From NCBI GenBank assembly GCA_965644295.1, contig CBFFRP010000295.1, forward strand, positions 143,858 through 207,857: DNA of 64,000 bases, written 5' to 3'. This stretch comes from Paraphysomonas bandaiensis. Lineage: Eukaryota > Protista > Chrysophyceae. The first letter of the stretch is position 1, and each line of letters starts with the position of its first letter. The position numbers and the translations under genes are program-made. Shown in pieces: positions 53,032-62,484 of the stretch. The notes under the pieces were generated by a model, which made no database searches, was not told where the DNA came from, and worked only from the letters and a program-made list of their open reading frames with translations.

Positions 53032-56000
53032 ATGTCAAGACCTTTGAAATACAAAAACAAGAAAGAGAAAAAAGATGCTCGCAGAAGACAAACACGAGCA
53101 GAGAACGGGAAAGCAACTCTTTCAACTATGTTACTAGATATTATTTATTCTAAGAAGGATAAAAGTAAACTCCCTTTATCAGAGGTGAACGCACGCAAGT
53201 TATTACTTCGAATAGATTATATGAGAAAAGATGAGGTTGGTCTTATTGCTGATATTATTGATCAAGGAGTAAGATTTAACCTTAAAGGATTGAGAGAAAA
53301 ATTAAAAACTATTCGTAAAAAAGAAAGACGCATGAAAAAGCTAAATGAGAATGAGGTGGTTGAAACCACCGCACTCACCAAATCAATGATACGTTACATA
53401 ATAAGTTTAGGTTTAGCGATTGAGTTTCCGGGAGACGTTGTTCACGAGCACTTGAAGGAAGTATTCAACGAATTACGCGAAGAACATAAAAACAATAATC
53501 TTCTATTTCGAGTATCTACTACTATAGTGATGCATTATAGTTATCCTTCAGATGATGGTGAACTTATATATACGGAAGGATACCACTCTACACCCGGTAA
53601 AAATATAACCGATGGTAATCTCACCGAGTTTATTACATATTTATCAGATGAAGCTAAAAGAGCGTCAGAGGAGTGGGAGAAGAGTAGTTATACGTTTCTA
53701 GGATTTGGTGACTTTACTACCCGCATTTCCCCACTTCGTCCTATTTACGCAGGTGGTGTTGCACCCTCAACTAAACTTCCCTGTTTACCCACACCCAAAT
53801 TTATTGCTTCAAAAAAGTGTGCGGTGAACGTAGAATGCACAGACGGTCGTTGTATTGAATATTGCTTGTTATTAGAAGATCATTTTGAGGAGATAACTAA
53901 AGCTGGGAAGAGAGCTAGTCGTCCATCTTCATTTAAAAAGGAGTGGTTTGATGAGATTAGAAGACCCAAAGGAATTATCTACCCGATTCAATTATACAAA
54001 CACGTTCCTGAATATGAAAGATTAAATAACATAAAAATTAATGTATTAGGATATAATGAGAAAGATGGAATACATACAATGTACTCATCAATGGTGAAGT
54101 CTAAGAAGACAATTACTTTGATATATATTTCAGATGAAAGTTCGCAGAATGAACACTTTCTATGGGTGCACAATACATCACGTCTTTTTAGAACAAACGC
54201 ACAGAAAAACGCGCTTCACTATTGTATGAATTGTTTGAATGCACGATATCCTACACGTGAGAAGCTTGAAGAACATGAAGAGGTATGCTTGAAAAACCAA
54301 GCCACTAAAGTTATTCTTCCTAAAGAAAACTCTGATGGAACAAAATCAATTCACAAGTTTGAAAATCATTTTAAGATAATACGACATCCATTTGCTCTTT
54401 TTACAGATTTTGAATCTACTCTTAAGAAATATAAGGATGTGAAGAAAAACCCAAAATGCAACACAGATAAATTCCAACACCATCAGCCAAATTCATATGG
54501 GTTAAAATTCAATTGTATTCACGAGCAACATAGCAAACCTATTTCCACATTCTCTCACCACGACGAGGAGGAGCTTATTCGTAATTTTGTAGAAGACGTT
54601 GAAAGTTATGCTCAACACGCATATGACATCAGTCGATCGAGATATACCTGCTCAGAGAAAAGAGATAAACCAGAGGATGGAAAATGTGAGTTATGTTCAT
54701 GCGATACAGAGGCTAAAGATTTACGGGGTTTATTTGACACCATAACGGGTGAGTTTAAAAATTGGGTTTGTCAGAAATGTATGAAGTCACATTGGAAAAA
54801 CAAAAATTTTCTTCCTGTGTATGCACACAACTTAAAAGGGTATGACAGTCACTTGTTTATTCGCGGGTTAGCTCAATATGGATACAAAGAGGAAACAGGA
54901 AGTACTATTTCTTGTATCCCAAATAACGAACAGAAGTATATTACATTTAGCAAGAAAATTAAGGTGGATGAAAATCGAATAGTTGAAATGGATAAAGACG
55001 GAAATCGAAACGAGGTGATAAAACCGGTATACTTTGAAATAAGGTTTCTTGATAGCAATGCATTTTTCACTTCAAGCTTAGATAAAGTGGTTTCCAATTT
55101 AACTGCGGGGTGTAATGGTGATATTTCAAAACTCCGAAAGGTTTTGAAAAGCACATCAGATTCATTCCCCGACGATGATCAATTCCAGTTGATGATTAGA
55201 AAAGGAGTATACCCATATGAATGGATGGATAACTATTATAAATTATTCGCAACAGGTCTCCCTAAGAGAAGAGAATTTTTCTCTACATTAGTTAGTGAAG
55301 GAATTTCGAATAGCGAGTATGCCCACGCTCAAAAGGTATGGGATACATTTAAATGTAAAACCTTTAAGGACTATCATAATCTTTATTTAAAAGCAGATGT
55401 TTTACTCTTAGCAGATGCATGGGAAAACTTCCGTGAATCTATTTATGAAATGTTTGGGATAGATTGTGTGTATTCTTATACTACACCTGGGTTAGGATGG
55501 GAAGCATACCTTAAAAAATCAGGTGTGGAACTTGAACTTCTTACCGATGTTGATAAAGTTATGTTTTATGAAAAAAGCATTCGAGGAGGTGTTTCACTTA
55601 TTACAAAACGATTTGCAGGAATATCACTAGAAGAGTTAAAGAAACCTCCTTTAGAACGTAATGAGGCATTGTTATATTTAGACGCAACCAACTTATATGG
55701 ATGGGCAATGATTCAACATTTACCTTATGGAGGATTTGAATGGGATGATGATTTAAGCAAGTACACAGAGGAATATATTAGAAGTTTAAAAGATGATGGG
55801 GATGAAGGATACACTCTTGAAGTTGATTTAGATTACCCCAAAGAGCTTCACGATCTTCATAACGATTACCCCCTATGTCCAGAAAAGGTTATTCCTAAGA
55901 ACAGCATGCTTAATAATTGGCAAATACGATATGATGCAAACGGAAATGAAATCCACGAGAAAACACCAAAATTGTGTCCTAATTTACAGAAGAAGGAGAA

Positions 56001-56946
56001 ATATGTGATTCATTATCGTGCTCTTAAATTAGTACTTCAGCTAGGGTTGAAGTTAACAAAGGTACACCGTGTAATGAAATTCAAACAGTCTGATCATATG
56101 AAAGAATATATCATGGGAAATACTAAACTGCGTGCTCAAACAAAGGATGCATTTAAACGTAACTTATACAAGCTACTCAACAACGCAATTTTTGGGAAAT
56201 CGGTAGAAAACACCCGCGCACGTATTAACTTTGAATTGGCGACCACAAGACCTAGCGAGTTTAAATTAAGACAGATGAAAGACTTTACAATATTTTCAGA
56301 AAATCTGGTGGGGATACATAAATATAAATCTTCGGTGAAATTAGATAAACCCATATATGTAGGCTCAAGCATATTAGATCTTTCTAAAGTACTCATGCAA
56401 GACTTCCATTACAATGTGGTTCAACCTGGTATTCACAAAATGGATGGTAGTGCGGAGTTGCTCTTTACGGATACAGATAGTTTATGCTACCATATCAAGG
56501 GATGTAACCCCTATGAATTCATGCATAAGAATAAGAGTTACTTTGACATGTCAACTTTCTTTAAAAAAGAAGACATATATTACGATGAGGAAAATAAAGG
56601 CGTGCTTGGAAAAATGAAGGTGGATAAAGATGAGGTGATTAAAGAGTTTGTAGGTTTACGACCTAAATGTTATAGCTTGAAATTTGAAGGCGGTAAAGAA
56701 TCCCATACTTGTAAAAGTGTAAATAAGTCTGGACGTATATCAATATCACATCAAGCGTATAAAGATACACTCTTAACCCTGCAATCATTCCCCATAACAC
56801 AAAATAGCATTCGATCCTATAATCATGATGTTTACACAATACGCCAAGGAAAGATTGGATTATCTGCATATGATAACAAACGTTTTATCTGTAACGATTA
56901 CATCCACACTGTTTCCTTTGGACATTACAAATTATCACAGAACTAA
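53032..56946 (+). CDS. polB: Protein-primed family B DNA polymerase (Polinton type), 1304 aa
   Basis: ExoI TDFES, ExoII HNLKGYD, ExoIII YLKADV, RKGVYPYEW, PolA YLDATNLYGWAM, PolB KLLNNAIFGK, PolC TDTDS and LRPKCYS. Long N-terminal extension with a C2H-type Zn finger. Confidence 0.97.
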   Translation: MSRPLKYKNKKEKKDARRRQTRAENGKATLSTMLLDIIYSKKDKSKLPLSEVNARKLLLRIDYMRKDEVGLIADIIDQGVRFNLKGLREKLKTIRKKERRMKKLNENEVVETTALTKSMIRYIISLGLAIEFPGDVVHEHLKEVFNELREEHKNNNLLFRVSTTIVMHYSYPSDDGELIYTEGYHSTPGKNITDGNLTEFITYLSDEAKRASEEWEKSSYTFLGFGDFTTRISPLRPIYAGGVAPSTKLPCLPTPKFIASKKCAVNVECTDGRCIEYCLLLEDHFEEITKAGKRASRPSSFKKEWFDEIRRPKGIIYPIQLYKHVPEYERLNNIKINVLGYNEKDGIHTMYSSMVKSKKTITLIYISDESSQNEHFLWVHNTSRLFRTNAQKNALHYCMNCLNARYPTREKLEEHEEVCLKNQATKVILPKENSDGTKSIHKFENHFKIIRHPFALFTDFESTLKKYKDVKKNPKCNTDKFQHHQPNSYGLKFNCIHEQHSKPISTFSHHDEEELIRNFVEDVESYAQHAYDISRSRYTCSEKRDKPEDGKCELCSCDTEAKDLRGLFDTITGEFKNWVCQKCMKSHWKNKNFLPVYAHNLKGYDSHLFIRGLAQYGYKEETGSTISCIPNNEQKYITFSKKIKVDENRIVEMDKDGNRNEVIKPVYFEIRFLDSNAFFTSSLDKVVSNLTAGCNGDISKLRKVLKSTSDSFPDDDQFQLMIRKGVYPYEWMDNYYKLFATGLPKRREFFSTLVSEGISNSEYAHAQKVWDTFKCKTFKDYHNLYLKADVLLLADAWENFRESIYEMFGIDCVYSYTTPGLGWEAYLKKSGVELELLTDVDKVMFYEKSIRGGVSLITKRFAGISLEELKKPPLERNEALLYLDATNLYGWAMIQHLPYGGFEWDDDLSKYTEEYIRSLKDDGDEGYTLEVDLDYPKELHDLHNDYPLCPEKVIPKNSMLNNWQIRYDANGNEIHEKTPKLCPNLQKKEKYVIHYRALKLVLQLGLKLTKVHRVMKFKQSDHMKEYIMGNTKLRAQTKDAFKRNLYKLLNNAIFGKSVENTRARINFELATTRPSEFKLRQMKDFTIFSENLVGIHKYKSSVKLDKPIYVGSSILDLSKVLMQDFHYNVVQPGIHKMDGSAELLFTDTDSLCYHIKGCNPYEFMHKNKSYFDMSTFFKKEDIYYDEENKGVLGKMKVDKDEVIKEFVGLRPKCYSLKFEGGKESHTCKSVNKSGRISISHQAYKDTLLTLQSFPITQNSIRSYNHDVYTIRQGKIGLSAYDNKRFICNDYIHTVSFGHYKLSQN

Positions 56947-56968
56947 TTATAATAGTAGCTTATAGTAA

Positions 56969-58027
56969 ATGAGTAAGTTACATAGAGTGTTGTCGAAATT
57001 ATATTATACTTCCTTTGATTCCATACACCGTATTTATGAAAGAGCGAAAGAACACTTTCCCGATCTTCAAATTGCAGATGTAAAAGACTTTGTGGAGAAA
57101 CAAGCTGTTTATCAAGTAGCTCATAAACCCAAGCGAAAAAAGCATATGTCTATACCTATTGTGAGCCATACTGAAAACTCATTTCAGGGGGATCTTATGT
57201 TTTTAACTCAATATAAAAAGCATAACTCAGGGTATCATATTATTCTCGTTTTAGTAGATGTGAGTAGTCGGTATTTATTCGCATACCCTCTCAAGGATAA
57301 GGGACTTACCTCTGTTAAAAGAGCATTTGAGCAATGGTTTGAAGATGTCAAGGAGATATCGGGTTTACCACCCAGAAAACTAGTATCAGATCAGGAGGCT
57401 TCTTTTAACTCAAAGGAGATGAAAAAATGGTTTCAATTAAAGGGGATTAATTATAATTCGTATCCTAGCGGACAACATCGGGTAAGATTATGTGATAATA
57501 TCATAAGAACTATTCGCACAAAGGTGATGAAATATTTTATCTCCTATGAAACTCTACGATGGATTGATGAGGATGGATCACGCAATGTAATTCAAGGGGT
57601 TGCAAGGCGGTATAACAATAAACCACACATTAAGTTTTTAGGTGAATATAGTCCAAAGGAAATATACACAAATCCAGAGCTTCAAAATGATTTCAGGCAA
57701 ATGACAATTCGTGAACGTAAGTATATTCTTAAACAAATAAGCGATAACTTAAAACCTGGTGATTTAGTACGTATTCAGCTTCCAAAGAAACTCTTTCGGA
57801 AAACCACAGGAGTGAATTTTAGCTCTCAAACGTATACGGTAATAGAAGTACGAAATACAAATGTTACCATCATGAATCAAACAGGTGAGGAACAAAAAAT
57901 CCATAAAAAATACCTCATGAAAGTTCACCCTAATATTGAGCGTAAAGTAGACACGGTAGAGGAGATGTTTGCACGTAATGAAAAACAAAACAAAATCCGT
58001 CGTAATTTAAATGAACTCTACTATTAA
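56969..58027 (+). CDS. Retroviral-like (RVE) integrase, Polinton type
   Basis: N-terminal LYY...VKDFVEKQAVYQVAHK, then FQGDLMF, LVDVSSRYLFAYPL, LVSDQEASF, CDNIIRTIR, RYNNKPH and SH3-like LKPGDLVRI. No chromodomain. Confidence 0.93.
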   Translation: MSKLHRVLSKLYYTSFDSIHRIYERAKEHFPDLQIADVKDFVEKQAVYQVAHKPKRKKHMSIPIVSHTENSFQGDLMFLTQYKKHNSGYHIILVLVDVSSRYLFAYPLKDKGLTSVKRAFEQWFEDVKEISGLPPRKLVSDQEASFNSKEMKKWFQLKGINYNSYPSGQHRVRLCDNIIRTIRTKVMKYFISYETLRWIDEDGSRNVIQGVARRYNNKPHIKFLGEYSPKEIYTNPELQNDFRQMTIRERKYILKQISDNLKPGDLVRIQLPKKLFRKTTGVNFSSQTYTVIEVRNTNVTIMNQTGEEQKIHKKYLMKVHPNIERKVDTVEEMFARNEKQNKIRRNLNELYY

Positions 58028-58035
58028 TATAGACC

Positions 58036-58989
58036 ATGGTTAAACATCACTATACAAACGAGACATTTTTATATGTTATTACAACCGCTAATATGACAGA
58101 AGGGGATAATGCAGATTGTAACATCCCGATGGGATGTTATTTACCGCACGATGTATCCTATTTTATATGCACTCCTCTCTTTTTCAACAGCACCAATCGA
58201 TTATTAAGTACGCCAGCCTCAGGGTGTTTTATAGTAGAAGCAGAGGGAATCGTACAAAATTCAATCAGCACACATGGAAAAAACCACCAATGGGGTGCTC
58301 TCACACCACCTATTCGCTCAGGGGAAGAACACTTTCGCGCAGCTCATAGTTTTAACACCGACACCTTTCAATTTATTTGTCGTAACTTCAACAATGAAAA
58401 CATACACTTTGTTCTACGTAATTGTGATGGTTTCACACAGAATAGCATTGCGTTAGGTGGATGGGCAAAACGTTGGATCTTATACCTTGCAATGACACCT
58501 ATTTGTGAACACCCACAGAGAAGTTTTGTTCACTCGGAAAGTTTTACCTATGTAATATCAAGTAGTCAAGCATTAGAAGGGAGTGCGAATGACTGTTTGA
58601 TCAATTTACAACCTATCCATAAAAACTATAAGCGATACTTTGTAGATGTGGTAGCGTGTATTCTAAACAATAATTCAATGAACATGTCACCTCGAAGATA
58701 TATTAATATTTTCTCGTTTGGGTGGGCGGAAATGGGTTATGGTTATGGAGGATTACAAGGCGATCCCGAAGCAATGATTATTGGGAGCCCTCATTGTCTT
58801 GATGAAGCGGAACCTTCACACTTTAGTGGAGATGGTGGATGTTTTACAGTGTGCAACATGGATCGAATACGACCTGTTCGATTTCAACTATATGACCCAC
58901 AAGGACCATTTGTTGAAGAGGCTGAGATTAATTATAATGGGGAAACAACTATTTTTACCATTATTTGTAGGATGACGCCAGTTTCTTAA
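58036..58989 (+). CDS. Two-domain penton (minor capsid)-like protein, 317 aa
   Basis: Two internal repeats (ETFLYVITTA..DCNI / ESFTYVISSS..DCLI; IHFVLRNCDG..WILYLAMTPI / VRFQLYDPQG..ICRMTPV) are homologous to the 59050 ORF and resemble the penton termini. Confidence 0.6.
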   Translation: MVKHHYTNETFLYVITTANMTEGDNADCNIPMGCYLPHDVSYFICTPLFFNSTNRLLSTPASGCFIVEAEGIVQNSISTHGKNHQWGALTPPIRSGEEHFRAAHSFNTDTFQFICRNFNNENIHFVLRNCDGFTQNSIALGGWAKRWILYLAMTPICEHPQRSFVHSESFTYVISSSQALEGSANDCLINLQPIHKNYKRYFVDVVACILNNNSMNMSPRRYINIFSFGWAEMGYGYGGLQGDPEAMIIGSPHCLDEAEPSHFSGDGGCFTVCNMDRIRPVRFQLYDPQGPFVEEAEINYNGETTIFTIICRMTPVS

Positions 58990-59049
58990 AACTGGCTTGT
59001 AAAACAACACCGGTTGTTGAATAATTTTCTATGTTAAAGTAAAAACACC

Positions 59050-59514
59050 ATGTTACTTCACGATAAAGCTTTTACGTATATAATCAACTCAAGTGCAGGA
59101 ATAACCGGAGATGCAAGTAGCTGTGATATCGAGTTAGAACCTATTCATTTCCCCTATGAAAAATACCAGGTTAGATGTACAGCATTTACCATGAATTGTA
59201 GTTCTTTACACGCAGACGCTCCACAATATATTTTGTTAGCTGTTAGTGGTCTAAGCGATGGACCTAATTATTGTATGGGGTTAGAAAGTGATACACTTAT
59301 CATTGCTCATCTGAATACACATGAATCCTTATCCCAAATGACATCTGGGGAGGGGAGTGTATTTACGGTTTCGGGTATGTCTCAAAAACGGAGAATCCAC
59401 TTTGAGTTGTTGGAACCTGATCTCATTAATCTAGATGGTGGTTACCTGGATATTAATGGAGCTACTTACTGGACTATTTCACTTGTTTTTACACCTATTT
59501 TAGATCTGAACTAG
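59050..59514 (+). CDS. Single-domain penton-like protein, 154 aa
   Basis: FTYIINSS...IHFELLEPD...DINGATYWTISLVF versus penton VFLNS...HLRLLDQRG..DLNGQHWSCTLVI. Confidence 0.62.
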   Translation: MLLHDKAFTYIINSSAGITGDASSCDIELEPIHFPYEKYQVRCTAFTMNCSSLHADAPQYILLAVSGLSDGPNYCMGLESDTLIIAHLNTHESLSQMTSGEGSVFTVSGMSQKRRIHFELLEPDLINLDGGYLDINGATYWTISLVFTPILDLN

Positions 59515-60873
59515 ATCAATATGTGTCTTCCAGAATTTAGAACCTGAACCTACTGTTTGCATGTTGACATACGTATGAATTTCAAATGTCCAATTATCTG
59601 CTACATCACCCACTGTAAATATTAAAGGTGATAACACACACCCAAATCGATTCACACTTCCTCGATTCGAATCCCATACCCCGGGTGCAAATAGCCCTGT
59701 TCTTTCTAGCGTACCATTTTTCTTTACTAACACACGACCTAGAATTTCCGTCCAGCTTGCAATTCCCATAATATCAAAGGAAACTTGGAGAAGATATCGA
59801 CCTGTATATTGTATATACCCCGAAGAATCAATCATATTAGAATCTCCCCCAGTAGGTGTAGTACTTAACTCTGATGAAGTCATATAATGTCCACCACTTG
59901 ATGTTTGATATGTTGTGTTATAATCCATTGATGACCAGTATGTTACGGGACCATCAATTTCTTCCCAATAACAACTTTTCTTTAAAACTGTAAGCACATC
60001 CAAATTTGCTCGATCGGTAGTGGTAAAGGCGGTTGTTTGTTCTGTGGCGTCTGGGAATTCTACTTTCTGATAACAGTTTAAATGATCCACCCGAATCTCA
60101 TCTATTGCACCTCCTCCATCTGCTTTGAGGATTGTATTTACCGGAAATGTAAATTCATTCAAACTCCGAGTTACACCAGACCATAAAGTTACTAAAGAGT
60201 CATAGCTTGATTTTAATACATTTGTAAACGCTGTGCTTTGTTGTGTATAATCATAAAAACTAATCACGGAAGTCAACCCTAATAAATTAATATCCCCAAG
60301 CACCTCTACATCATTACAATTAACATGGGATGAAAACGTAGTTACCCCGTTAGATTTACTTTGATATGTAGTGATTTCTTCAAGATAAGCATTTGATGAC
60401 TCAAGGGTAGTTATTCTTGTTTCGTGTGAATCATGGGAAGTATCTAATAAATCAACTGTTGTTTTTAAATTCGAGAGATCAGTTTCAGCAGTGGTTAACC
60501 GCGCATCAAGTGCGGTAACATCACCTTCGGTGGTGGTTAACCGCACATCAAGGGAAACAACATCGCTTTCAGCGATGTCTAGTCTTCCGTCGAGGGAAAC
60601 AATATCGCTTTCAGCACTATCTAATCGTACATCTAAACCTGAGATTTGCACCTGAATATTTGAGCTAACTCCACTAAGTCTACTCACTTCCAAAGGTGTG
60701 ATTTCTATTGTGTTGACTGTAATCGATTCATCAATTGTTAAATTACTTGTTTCCACATTTTGAATATATGTGTTTTCAGAGTGAACACCTGTAGCGTGTA
60801 ATTCATCTAAATGGAGTGAAGAAAGACCACTTAGACTTGCTGTTTGAATGTTGTGATAACCATTGGTATTCAT
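59500..60873 (-). CDS. Putative virion fibre/spike protein, 457 aa
   Basis: 14-residue coiled-coil repeats (LDVRLDSAESDIVS LDGRLDIAESDVVS LDVRLTTTEGDVTA LDARLTTAETDLSN), two F.D.T.Q.TAFT motifs and a beta-rich C-terminal head; adjacent to MCP. Confidence 0.72.
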   Translation of the reverse strand: MNTNGYHNIQTASLSGLSSLHLDELHATGVHSENTYIQNVETSNLTIDESITVNTIEITPLEVSRLSGVSSNIQVQISGLDVRLDSAESDIVSLDGRLDIAESDVVSLDVRLTTTEGDVTALDARLTTAETDLSNLKTTVDLLDTSHDSHETRITTLESSNAYLEEITTYQSKSNGVTTFSSHVNCNDVEVLGDINLLGLTSVISFYDYTQQSTAFTNVLKSSYDSLVTLWSGVTRSLNEFTFPVNTILKADGGGAIDEIRVDHLNCYQKVEFPDATEQTTAFTTTDRANLDVLTVLKKSCYWEEIDGPVTYWSSMDYNTTYQTSSGGHYMTSSELSTTPTGGDSNMIDSSGYIQYTGRYLLQVSFDIMGIASWTEILGRVLVKKNGTLERTGLFAPGVWDSNRGSVNRFGCVLSPLIFTVGDVADNWTFEIHTYVNMQTVGSGSKFWKTHIDLVQI

Positions 60874-60895
60874 TATTATTTACTTTATCCAATAT

Positions 60896-62359
60896 TTAAT
60901 ATTGTACGAGCATTGTTCCATCTTGACATATGATAACTGCATCGTGCATAGCAAAGGTATCATAGTGAACGGAAATGTTTCCACCTGTATTTTGGGTGTG
61001 TTTCACATTTAAGAAAATATCTTCTGTACTTGAGTTATACCCCTGGAATATATCTTCAGGTGAAGCACCAGAATATGATTCTAAATCTGCACCAATAATA
61101 AAATGAGGTTCACTAGCGGATGAGTGGATATATGTTTCCCCCTCGCCATTTGCAATAGGTGCGGATACATCATAAGCACTGATATCAATGTTAGGTTCGT
61201 GGTTCATGTCAGATACACTACCTATAGCCTTTAAGCACTCAATAAAGAATTCTGTTCGACTTCGAGGAGGTTTGGCGGGAACTGTTTTGCTCCCTAACCG
61301 TAAATAGTACTCTGTTAATCCAAAATGGGTGGAACCTGATGCATGATAAGTAATTGCACCTGCGTGTTTGCTTCGTGGAATGGTAAACAGGGATTTTAAA
61401 GATGAAAACCGTGCGGGGATTGGAATACTAACCTCGGTTTCTACACCATCAATAAGAGTGGCGTTATATGCATAATGACTAAAACGCGGTACAACAAAAC
61501 GAATCATTTCACCTGAATGTCCTTCAATGATCTGCATGGCGGAATCGCCTAGCTCAACCATTTGAGCAATATACTCCACATTGCTTACGGAAAAACTATC
61601 CAATGCGAGTTCCGAGTTTAAAAACTTAGATGGGCTATTTTGAAGTTGAAGTTCCAATCGAAGACCTGCCCCACTATTTGACATTGCGAAAAGAGGGATA
61701 TACTTTTGGCTTAGGGAACCTACAATAGAGAGTAAGTTAATACAATATGTTCTCGCAAGGGTATCCCCATTGGCTGCTATATCTGCAAATTCGTTATTTG
61801 CTGCATCATCCCAAAGGCGTTCACCTGCATATATTTTCGTTACCTTATTTGTTTTATCATGTGTTGAAATATTTGCGAGTTCAGCGTTGGTAGGATCCCC
61901 TGGTGTTCCAGCGACGACAACTGTTTTATAAACATCACTAAAATATTCATTTGATACACCCGCCATAATGGAAGCTTTACCTGATGCATCACCTGACTGT
62001 TGAAGTGCCATCAACTTGGAAACAAGCACCGAGTATTCATCTAAGTCCTCAATGAGATTGGATCCATGCCATAATCGTAATCTCCGTATAATCCCGTGAG
62101 CTCCTGCTTGACCTAAGCGTACAAAGGCATTCGCAGCTGCTCCGTTGGTTACTGTTAGATCAAATTTCAAAACGCTTTCTGTACCTGCGAGAACTGTGTT
62201 ATTAATACATGGGATTGTTAAATTAATTGTGCTTCCATCTGTAAATGGACCCGACTGATTTGGACGTACGTGACTTGTGTAACTGCGAGCAAATGCGCTC
62301 TCTTTTGAATTATCGTATTTTAAGTTGCGCGGAATCATGTGTTTTAATATAACCGACAT
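60896..62359 (-). CDS. Major capsid protein (double jelly-roll, PLV/Polinton type), 487 aa
   Basis: Size, beta-rich pattern and motifs P....FTDGSTINLTIP, IIRRLRL..GSNLIEDLDEY, LRLELQL..P, SNVEYIA and FSSLKSLF recalled from PLV-type MCPs; lies in the ATPase-penton-MCP block. Confidence 0.85.
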   Translation of the reverse strand: MSVILKHMIPRNLKYDNSKESAFARSYTSHVRPNQSGPFTDGSTINLTIPCINNTVLAGTESVLKFDLTVTNGAAANAFVRLGQAGAHGIIRRLRLWHGSNLIEDLDEYSVLVSKLMALQQSGDASGKASIMAGVSNEYFSDVYKTVVVAGTPGDPTNAELANISTHDKTNKVTKIYAGERLWDDAANNEFADIAANGDTLARTYCINLLSIVGSLSQKYIPLFAMSNSGAGLRLELQLQNSPSKFLNSELALDSFSVSNVEYIAQMVELGDSAMQIIEGHSGEMIRFVVPRFSHYAYNATLIDGVETEVSIPIPARFSSLKSLFTIPRSKHAGAITYHASGSTHFGLTEYYLRLGSKTVPAKPPRSRTEFFIECLKAIGSVSDMNHEPNIDISAYDVSAPIANGEGETYIHSSASEPHFIIGADLESYSGASPEDIFQGYNSSTEDIFLNVKHTQNTGGNISVHYDTFAMHDAVIICQDGTMLVQY

Positions 62360-62366
62360 TTTTTAT

Positions 62367-62484
62367 TTAAGCAAAATGAGAACTCAAATCTTTCATTTAA
62401 GCAAAATGCGAACTCAAATCTTTCATTTTATTAAGCAAAATGAGAACTCAAATCTTTCATTTTATTAAGCAAAATGAGAACTCA
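62367..62484. repeat. Four tandem copies of a 30-34 bp unit upstream of MCP
   Basis: TTAAGCAAAATG(A/C)GAACTCA starts at 62367, 62397, 62431 and 62465. The last copy is the stop-codon end of the 127-aa ORF. Confidence 0.9.

Noticed and set aside
53988-57988. Antisense and alternate-frame short ORFs within pPolB and the integrase
   Set aside because: Shadow ORFs of long, motif-bearing genes.
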